Below, in pieces: positions 48,759 to 55,605 of a stretch of DNA of 64,000 bases. This DNA is from an uncultured bacterium (GTDB lineage: Bacteria > Fermentibacterota > Fermentibacteria > Fermentibacterales > JCC-6). The notes beneath the pieces were generated by a model that saw only the letters and a program-made list of their open reading frames with translations, did no database searches and had not been told where the DNA came from. The stretch is taken from NCBI GenBank assembly GCA_965371785.1, contig CBDUZS010000002.1, forward strand, positions 2,362 to 66,361. Reading direction: 5' to 3'. Within the stretch, counting starts at the first letter, position 1. Every line of letters begins with the position of its first letter. The translations under genes and the position numbers were made by a program.

Positions 48759-50940
48759 GGGCTCAAAGAAAACAAATACTGCATACGTAACCTTCATCTT
48801 CCTTATCGTGTGCGCCGCATTCTTCTTCAGAAGCTGGTTCGCCTCTGATATCCTTCCTCCACCCGGGCGAATGCAGGGAGAAACAACCCAGGCATACCGG
48901 TATTCACGCATGATCTCGGAAGGTGAACCCGTTCCATCCACGGATATCATGGTGATGCATCCGGAAGGCATGAACACGGGCGAGAACTCAATTTTCGAAG
49001 AGTACATCGCCGGGGGGATTCACGCCCTCATCGGTGGAGATTTCAACACTTTCATGAGGTTCTTCAGCATCTTCTTTCCGCTGCTCGCCATTCCAGGGCT
49101 CATCCTGTGGATGCAAAGGGGCGGGATTCCCATGCGAAGCGCTCTTCTGGGGGGAGCTGCTTACGGGATTCTCCTGCCGGCACTCCTTCGTACGAGAGGG
49201 GAGTCTCTTTACAGGGAAACGGTTGCCCTCCCTCTTCTCGTCTGGATGGGATGGGCGGTGGAGTCTGCGCTGGCCACGGGAAAAAAGGCTCATGCTGTCA
49301 CATCCGCTCTGCTTCTTTTCGCAGCACTTGCAGCCTGGAAAGTTACCGGGTTCATGTCCGCCTTTCTCTTCTTCTACCTGCTCTACCGCTCCTGCAGGCG
49401 AAAGGATGTTTCTCCGTTCCTTGCAGGAATGCTTGCGGCAACACAGATACTGGCTTCCCTTTTTCTCTCGCACATGAGGCATGATTTCGCGATTTTATCT
49501 CCAGCAACGGTGCTGGCGTTCTTCCTGCTGCTCTCGATATTCCTCAGGAGGTCGTACATCCCATGGGCAGGCCTGCTTCTGGCACTGGCTGCGGGACTGA
49601 CAGGTTCCTCGAGCACCGGGCATCTGGGTGCGGTCATCACGGCAAAACTGAGGTTCTTCTTCTCTCACCCCTCGGATCCTTCTCTCCTCGATCCAGACGC
49701 CAGGCTCTTCTGGGTCTCCGGATACACGAGCCCATCACCGGGGAATATCATTCTGCTGTTCGGGCTCCCCATTCTCATCGCAGTCTCCGGTATGCGCAGG
49801 TTCGTGAGTGAGCATGGGAGAACACTGCTGCTGTGGTTTCTCCCCATGGCATTTGCCGGCTACCTCTTCTTCGACAGACTTCACGTCATGCTCGCAGTTG
49901 CCCTGATCCCTCCGATTGCACTCGTAATGAAAAGGTACTGGAAACCTGTTGTTGTTTTACTCCTGCTTGCACTTCAGACGATCTTTGTCATTGCATTGGC
50001 GAGGGGCATCGACAGTGCCGGTCTCGAGACCGGCAGCTCCGGATCTTTGCTTCGTGATGATGAGCTGGACTCGCTTTTCGAATGGATAGACGACTACACG
50101 GAGCCCGGTGACGCCTTCCTCAGCTTCTGGCATATCTCCGGCCTTATATCGGCATACGCGGAACGCCCCGTGGTTACCCATACATTCTTCGAAAACGAGA
50201 GCAACAGAAGGACGATCGTAGAATACGCCGAACGAACGTATCAACCCGAGGACAGTCTGCTTGTATTCATGCGCATGCATGACGCAGATTACTACGTGTA
50301 CCAGGCGGATTTCATACTGGACAGGTCATCGGCAGGACTCCTGTACCTTTCCGGGCTCACGGAAGTCCCCGATAACTGCGTTGCTCTGAGGATGCACTAC
50401 GCACCGGAAACGCTTGATTCCCTCATGCTCGTATTCCAGGGGGCCTCGCTTCGGGTCTTCGGCCGCGGCGATGACTCAGCGTACATTCTTCCACAGCCCC
50501 TTTTCAAAATCAGGTACTACCCGTTCTTCAGTGATTACGATGCTGCAATGTCTGCTCTTCTCTTCCCTGGTGAGACGGCATGGAACCTCGCCTGGGAAGG
50601 GCGGGAGACCGCCGAACCTGACATGGTATCCGCAGCCCTGCTTCTGATTTCAGGCTCGGGAGCCATCCCCGAAGACGCAATCGGTATTCTCCAGGAACTG
50701 GTCATGTTCCATCTCCAGAGAGGATACGAAATGGAATACCTCGAAGAGGACTTTCTTGTGTATCTTCACTACTACGGGCCGGATCCTGCCATAAGACTGG
50801 ATCTGGCAAGGCTCCTTGTTTCGGAAGGACTGCTGGAACGTGCTGCAGTACAGTACCGAAAGGTGCTCTCTGAGGATCCTTCCGCAGTCCAGGCAGCCAT
50901 CGAGCTCGAGCAACTTATGGCGGAGGGCATTTCGGAATGA
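48742..50940 (+). CDS. polytopic membrane protein (GT-C-like) with C-terminal periplasmic domain and TPR-like tail, translationally coupled to the mglA paralog
   Basis: About 730 aa. At least 11 TM helices. Soluble C-terminal ~330 aa ends in helical repeats (ARLLVSEGLLERAAVQYRKVLSEDPSAVQAAIELEQ). ATG 48742 overlaps the GTPase gene 3' end by 17 nt. Confidence 0.5.
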   Translation: MSARAEGSKKTNTAYVTFIFLIVCAAFFFRSWFASDILPPPGRMQGETTQAYRYSRMISEGEPVPSTDIMVMHPEGMNTGENSIFEEYIAGGIHALIGGDFNTFMRFFSIFFPLLAIPGLILWMQRGGIPMRSALLGGAAYGILLPALLRTRGESLYRETVALPLLVWMGWAVESALATGKKAHAVTSALLLFAALAAWKVTGFMSAFLFFYLLYRSCRRKDVSPFLAGMLAATQILASLFLSHMRHDFAILSPATVLAFFLLLSIFLRRSYIPWAGLLLALAAGLTGSSSTGHLGAVITAKLRFFFSHPSDPSLLDPDARLFWVSGYTSPSPGNIILLFGLPILIAVSGMRRFVSEHGRTLLLWFLPMAFAGYLFFDRLHVMLAVALIPPIALVMKRYWKPVVVLLLLALQTIFVIALARGIDSAGLETGSSGSLLRDDELDSLFEWIDDYTEPGDAFLSFWHISGLISAYAERPVVTHTFFENESNRRTIVEYAERTYQPEDSLLVFMRMHDADYYVYQADFILDRSSAGLLYLSGLTEVPDNCVALRMHYAPETLDSLMLVFQGASLRVFGRGDDSAYILPQPLFKIRYYPFFSDYDAAMSALLFPGETAWNLAWEGRETAEPDMVSAALLLISGSGAIPEDAIGILQELVMFHLQRGYEMEYLEEDFLVYLHYYGPDPAIRLDLARLLVSEGLLERAAVQYRKVLSEDPSAVQAAIELEQLMAEGISE

Positions 50941-51752
50941 TAGAATTCTGGAAGATGAGCGGTGCGGGTAACGATTTCATTTTTCTGAGCAACTTCGACG
51001 GAGCTCTCGACGGTGTCCTCACGAAGGAATTCATCAGCTCCGTGTGCAGAAGAAATGCTTCGGTTGGTGCTGACGGGTTGATAGAGCTATCGAACGATCC
51101 GGATACCGCTTTTCGAATGAGGTACTGGAACAGAGACGGCATCTCCGCCGCCATGTGCGGCAACGGCGGCAGATGCGCGTGCGTTTTTGCCGAGAGGATG
51201 GGAATACTCGAGGATGCAGGCCGATTCACTTTCCGCTCGGATTCAGGAGTTCACACCGGAGAGATTACTTCCGATTCGACTGCCAGGATATGGCTGACGG
51301 ATCCTGTTACCGTCTTTCTGGGGAAGAACCTTGACTACGGAGGCAGGTACACGGTTTCTTACGTCGTTGCGGGAGTCCCGCATGCCGTCCTGTTTACCGA
51401 CGGTCCTGATGACCCTGAATTCGATAGATTCGCAGAGGTTCTCAGAAGGCACGAAGAGTTTCAGCCGGGAGGGGCAAACGTTGATTTTGCGTTTATCACC
51501 GGCCACAATTCCGTAACTCTCCGCACCTTCGAGCTGGGTGTCGAATCGGAGACTCTCGCCTGCGGCACGGGTGCGGTAGCGGCCGTGTTATGCGCCCGGG
51601 AACTCTTTCCCGGCAGGCTTTCCCTGCCGGTCATGGTCAAAGTCAGAAGCGGCCTTGTGTTGGAAGTCGGTCGGGACGAGAAGGGCTGGTGGCTCATGGG
51701 AGAGGCCAGAATTGTTTACCGGGGGTTTCTTGAAGCCATCCCCGTTACTTGA
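50937..51752 (+). CDS. dapF: diaminopimelate epimerase
   Basis: MIEFWKMSGAGNDFIFL N-terminus. Second catalytic Cys context (ETLACGTGAVAA). ATGA overlap upstream. Confidence 0.9.
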   Translation: MIEFWKMSGAGNDFIFLSNFDGALDGVLTKEFISSVCRRNASVGADGLIELSNDPDTAFRMRYWNRDGISAAMCGNGGRCACVFAERMGILEDAGRFTFRSDSGVHTGEITSDSTARIWLTDPVTVFLGKNLDYGGRYTVSYVVAGVPHAVLFTDGPDDPEFDRFAEVLRRHEEFQPGGANVDFAFITGHNSVTLRTFELGVESETLACGTGAVAAVLCARELFPGRLSLPVMVKVRSGLVLEVGRDEKGWWLMGEARIVYRGFLEAIPVT

Positions 51753-51793
51753 CAGGGAAGCGAGGACATACCATCTACACGCGATTGACCGGA

Positions 51794-51869
51794 GCGGGCA
51801 TAACTCAGCCGGCAGAGTGTCAGCTTCCCAAGCTGAATGTCGCGGGTTCGATTCCCGTTGCCCGCTCCA
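51794..51869 (+). tRNA. tRNA-Gly (anticodon CCC)
   Basis: 76 nt, GCGGGCATAACTCAGCCGGCAGAGTGTCAGCTTCCCAAGCTGAATGTCGCGGGTTCGATTCCCGTTGCCCGCTCCA. Hand-folded: 7-bp acceptor stem (GCGGGCA/TGCCCGC), D-stem ACTC/GAGT, anticodon stem TCAGC/GCTGA with loop TTCCCAA, T-arm GCGGG-TTCGATT-CCCGT, discriminator T, encoded CCA. Confidence 0.9.
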
Positions 51870-52051
51870 TTCTTTTCCTGTTCCTGCTGCTTACCACTCC
51901 TCTGCTTGCTGATACCGGGGGAGGCAGTTCAGACGCATGGGCTATCCGCTCGGGTTATGCGCCATCTTCTTCAGCCGATGCGGTCTTATGGAGGCTGCAC
52001 CTCTACTGTCTTCTCGATGAAGGACTCGAAGAGGAACCCGATCTCGACCTG

Positions 52052-52501
52052 ATGATAAGAAATTTGAAAGCCGGGGACGTCTACGCCCTGATCACGGTAG
52101 TGAGCGAACTGGTCAGGAAGGGACGGCTCTCGGACGCACGGGCATTCATGGAGGGCAGGGGAGTGCTCATCCCGGCCACGAGAAGGGATCTGGCCATCGC
52201 ACTCGCATGGTACGGCAGGTTCGAGATTCTCGATGCCCTGGAATACCGCTCGGATCCTCCGCCTGACCTCGAGGGCGATACCTACGAAGCACAGATATCC
52301 GCCCTGATGGTCATGGGCTGGATGGAAACATCGCCTGACGGCTTGTTCCATGGTGATAACCTTGCAGGAGTGAGAGATATAGAACTTGCCGCGTCCGGAT
52401 TACTGGGGTTGCCGGTCGAATGGAGCTGGGACTGGATCGCGATCAGCGAACTCGATCGCCTCTTCACCTCCGGTTCGATAGAGAGAGACACCGTCAGGTG
52501 A
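52052..52501 (+). CDS. hypothetical protein (start uncertain)
   Basis: Open frame continues from the tRNA through 52501. First canonical start after the tRNA is ATG 52052 (MIRNLKAGDVYALITVVSELVRKGRLSDARAF...). The upstream in-frame segment encodes a signal-peptide-like stretch (ILFLFLLLTTPLLADTGGG) with no ATG/GTG/TTG. Confidence 0.3.
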   Translation: MIRNLKAGDVYALITVVSELVRKGRLSDARAFMEGRGVLIPATRRDLAIALAWYGRFEILDALEYRSDPPPDLEGDTYEAQISALMVMGWMETSPDGLFHGDNLAGVRDIELAASGLLGLPVEWSWDWIAISELDRLFTSGSIERDTVR

Positions 52502-52521
52502 TCGTGAGGAATAACGGTGCG

Positions 52522-53109
52522 ATGAGCCTGCTTCGCAGAGCAGAGGAATTGAGGGAACGCGTTCCCCTTGCCCCGGCTCTCGTGACATGGGTACGTCTTC
52601 TCATCCTTCCGGTTGCAGCCATTCTCGCTTCCGCGGGGAGGGAGCCCATCCTTGTTTTCTGGCTCGTGTTTGCTGCTTCACTGTCAGATTACTTCGATGG
52701 ATGGCTTGCCAGAAGGCTGAAGAAAGTATCGTACGGGGGCAAGATTCTCGACTTCATTGCCGACAAGTTCTTCCTCAGCGTGATGTTCCTCGTTCTCGGC
52801 AGAACCGGTGCGATAGACACCACAGCCTCCGCCATCCTTGCCGCATACCACCTTCTGATAATGCTGGTAACCGCCGTTATATCATGGAGCGTGTCCAAGC
52901 CGGTGGTCGCAATACCGACCGGGGAGAGAGTGGTTCTTATATTCAGCTACATGCTGGTCGTGGTTTCCGCGGGAAAACTCGCATTTCCAGGGAAGGGCAT
53001 CTTTCATACACTGGGCAGTGTCGGTTCCATCCTTGCCGTATGCTCGGTTTTCTTCGGCATTATCAGTTACCTCAGGGTAACGAGAAGACTGCTTGTGAGG
53101 TTCAAATGA
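52522..53109 (+). CDS. CDP-alcohol phosphatidyltransferase family protein
   Basis: D-x2-D-G-x2-AR-x8-G-x3-D signature. Sequence shows SDYFDGWLARRLKKVSYGGKILDFIADK. Five to six TM helices. ATG 52522 (MSLLRRAEEL...). Confidence 0.8.
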   Translation: MSLLRRAEELRERVPLAPALVTWVRLLILPVAAILASAGREPILVFWLVFAASLSDYFDGWLARRLKKVSYGGKILDFIADKFFLSVMFLVLGRTGAIDTTASAILAAYHLLIMLVTAVISWSVSKPVVAIPTGERVVLIFSYMLVVVSAGKLAFPGKGIFHTLGSVGSILAVCSVFFGIISYLRVTRRLLVRFK

Positions 53110-53792
53110 TACTTTGCGTCCTGTACTCACTGTTGCTGGCTTTCATCTCATTGTCACCGGGTGAGCTCGAGATCGCTGGAAACCTGCCCGAAGCAGGGCT
53201 TGCATGGCAGGAGGATGGCTCTCTCGACGGACAGTCCCGTGTGCTCTGCAGGCTTCTCGAAGAAGCCCTTTACGCCGGACACGGCAACAGGGCAATGATA
53301 CTGATGGGCGATCTGCAGCACTTCGGAGCAGAGGACGATCTGATCGATTTCTGGTACGCGAGGCTTGCCTGGATCTGTGGTCTAGAGAACATGGCGGCGG
53401 AACGGCTGGAATCCTTTGCCGGTGACGACTGGCTCGGGTACAGGGCTCGTGGAATGGCTCACATAATGCGAAGGCATCCCGAAGAAGCAATCCCCGAGCT
53501 CGAACTCTCCATTGCACGTGCCGGGAGCATACGTCGGAGATTCTATTCGGTCATCGATCTATGCTGGGCCAACCTGGCAGCGGGAAACACTTTCGAATCG
53601 ATACGGATTGCCACCTTCCTGGTCGACAGTTTTCCCTGTGAGGGACTGCCCCGAATCATACTCGCGGTCTGTTACCAGGAATCGGGACGTTACGCGTCTG
53701 CAATGATGATGCTGCAGAACACTGCCAGTAATTCGAATTTTGGAGCCGGCCCCCGGAGCATGGCAGCCGATCTCCTGAGAGATTACGAGTGA
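53106..53792 (+). CDS. hypothetical secreted protein with TPR-like helical repeats
   Basis: ATG 53106 overlaps the upstream stop (ATGA). N-terminal signal peptide MILCVLYSLLLAFISLS. Helical repeats (ARLAWICGLENMAAERLESFAG...AMMMLQN). Confidence 0.5.
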   Translation: MILCVLYSLLLAFISLSPGELEIAGNLPEAGLAWQEDGSLDGQSRVLCRLLEEALYAGHGNRAMILMGDLQHFGAEDDLIDFWYARLAWICGLENMAAERLESFAGDDWLGYRARGMAHIMRRHPEEAIPELELSIARAGSIRRRFYSVIDLCWANLAAGNTFESIRIATFLVDSFPCEGLPRIILAVCYQESGRYASAMMMLQNTASNSNFGAGPRSMAADLLRDYE

Positions 53793-54700
53793 AAAGCAGG
53801 CTGATCTCGAGAATCCTTCGTAAGTCAAGATCGCGGAAAGCCCTGATTGACAGAGAGATGCTCCACTTCCCCGATGTTCTCGATTCACCGCTGAAGGTAG
53901 CAGTATTCTCAGCACGGAACAGAGAGGATGTCTGGGCGGCTCTGTTTCTGATGCACACACTCCAGAAGAACTTCCCCGAAGCAGCGCATTCCCTCATCTG
54001 CCGTGAAAGGGATGGCGAGCTCGCGGACATGCTCGGCTGGCTTCCGGATTTGATTTTCTACGGTGATTCACCCATTGCGGCCACACCCGAGATAAGGGAG
54101 AAACTCGGGAAAGAGGCCGTGTTGTTCTATCCCTATGCCACAATGAACGAGGAAGATGCCGGATTCATCATGGATACGGGTGTCGGAGTGTGTGTCTCCA
54201 CCGCAAACGATCCTGTTGTGAACCTGTCGGTCCGTATCGAATGCTCGCGCCAGCCGGAAGCTCTGTACTCGATGTGTGATATTCTTCGATTGAAACCGGA
54301 CAGGGGCTGGACGCCCTCGATTCCATCGACGTATACCGAACGAGCAAGCGCCATTCTCGCACCCGTCTCAGGAAGAGCGCTGCCCTACATCGTGGCCACG
54401 ACCGCGGCCGCTAACATCATGGAGAAAAACAGATGCGAGATTCCCGTCAGGATGATCGTTGTCGAGGGCAAGCGCAAAGAGATAGCCGATATCACGAGAG
54501 GGATCATGGCTGCAGTGGTCGGGGGAGCTTCTGCAGTAGTGACAACCGACGAATGGCTCTGGCTGAAGGCACAGGCTCTCGAGGTTCCCACCGTGGGTCT
54601 CGATCGTCGCGGCATCTTCCCCGACTGGGGAACGGAACCGGCTTCCACCGAAGGAGAATTCCTTCTGCAATGGGCTGATCTGCTCCGCAGAGGATGGTAA
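53789..54700 (+). CDS. divergent glycosyltransferase family 9-like protein
   Basis: C-terminal half resembles the GT9 donor-binding region (ADITRGIMAAVVGGASAVVTTDEWLWLKAQALEVPTVGL, cf. xxNDSGPMHLAAALGxPxVxLFG). The N-terminal SLGD motif is not conserved. GTGA overlap upstream, 7-nt overlap downstream. Confidence 0.45.
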   Translation: MKSRLISRILRKSRSRKALIDREMLHFPDVLDSPLKVAVFSARNREDVWAALFLMHTLQKNFPEAAHSLICRERDGELADMLGWLPDLIFYGDSPIAATPEIREKLGKEAVLFYPYATMNEEDAGFIMDTGVGVCVSTANDPVVNLSVRIECSRQPEALYSMCDILRLKPDRGWTPSIPSTYTERASAILAPVSGRALPYIVATTAAANIMEKNRCEIPVRMIVVEGKRKEIADITRGIMAAVVGGASAVVTTDEWLWLKAQALEVPTVGLDRRGIFPDWGTEPASTEGEFLLQWADLLRRGW

Positions 54701-55605
54701 TGAGCCTCCTGGTCAGGGTGCCCAACTGGCTCGGTGATCTGGTTATGAGCTCTGATTGTCTCAACGGACTTCGCTCCGCGTATCCCGACCTCTCATTCTG
54801 GAGCCATGCAAGGGTTTCAGGGCTTCTTCCGGTCTTCTTTCCCGGGGTAAAGGTGCTTGGGCTCGAAGAGAGACCGGAAGGCTTCGAGACAGCTCTGCTC
54901 CTGACGGGGTCCTTCAGTTCAGCGCTCAAAGCCTGGAAGGCCAGGATACCGTCAAGGGTAGGATACAGGGGAGAGGGCAGGAGTCTTCTCCTCACGAGCA
55001 CCATGGGAATGAACAGGAAACGGGATCACCACCATTCGCTCGATTACGAAATACTCGCGAAGAAGCTGCTCCATACGGAACCCGTAAAAACTGACCTGTC
55101 GCACATTGCTCCCGAGGGAAGAGCGCACTGCGCACTGTTTCCCGGAGCGTATTACGGATCCGCGAAGAGATGGGGGGGGTTCGGGGAGCTGGCTTCCGAA
55201 CTGGCCATCAGGACGGGCTTACCGGTTGTTTTCTACGGCAGCCAGTCTGAGAAGGCAATGCTCATCGAGCAGGCAGGCTCCATACGGGGAGCGGAAATCG
55301 AGACAGGCTTGCCCTATGGGTCCCTATGCAGAAAGCTGTGCTCAGCAGTAATTTCGGTAGGAAACGATTCCGGGGGAGTTCATCTGACGGCATCGCTGGG
55401 CGTTCCGACGGTTACGATATTCGGTTCCACATCCCCTCTCTGGACTGCACCAAGGGGGCAGAACACTGAAATCGTTTACCTCGACAGGTTCTGTTCCCCA
55501 TGTTTCAGACAACGGTGTCCCGGGGGAGAGCAACCTCCCTGTCTTCAGGACATCAGCCTTGATACCGTACTGAACGCCTGCACTGAACTCATGGGGAAAG
55601 CATGA
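54694..55605 (+). CDS. glycosyltransferase family 9 (ADP-heptose:LPS heptosyltransferase)
   Basis: LLVRVPNWLGDLVMSSDCL. GNDSGGVHLTASLGVPTVTIFGSTSP. Confidence 0.8.
   Translation: MVMSLLVRVPNWLGDLVMSSDCLNGLRSAYPDLSFWSHARVSGLLPVFFPGVKVLGLEERPEGFETALLLTGSFSSALKAWKARIPSRVGYRGEGRSLLLTSTMGMNRKRDHHHSLDYEILAKKLLHTEPVKTDLSHIAPEGRAHCALFPGAYYGSAKRWGGFGELASELAIRTGLPVVFYGSQSEKAMLIEQAGSIRGAEIETGLPYGSLCRKLCSAVISVGNDSGGVHLTASLGVPTVTIFGSTSPLWTAPRGQNTEIVYLDRFCSPCFRQRCPGGEQPPCLQDISLDTVLNACTELMGKA

Noticed and set aside
51749-52051. N-terminal 100 codons of the 250-aa ORF called at 51749.
   Set aside because: This stretch overlaps a bona fide tRNA-Gly gene. The translation (…GAGITQPAECQLPKLNVAGSIPVARS…) is simply the tRNA read as protein.
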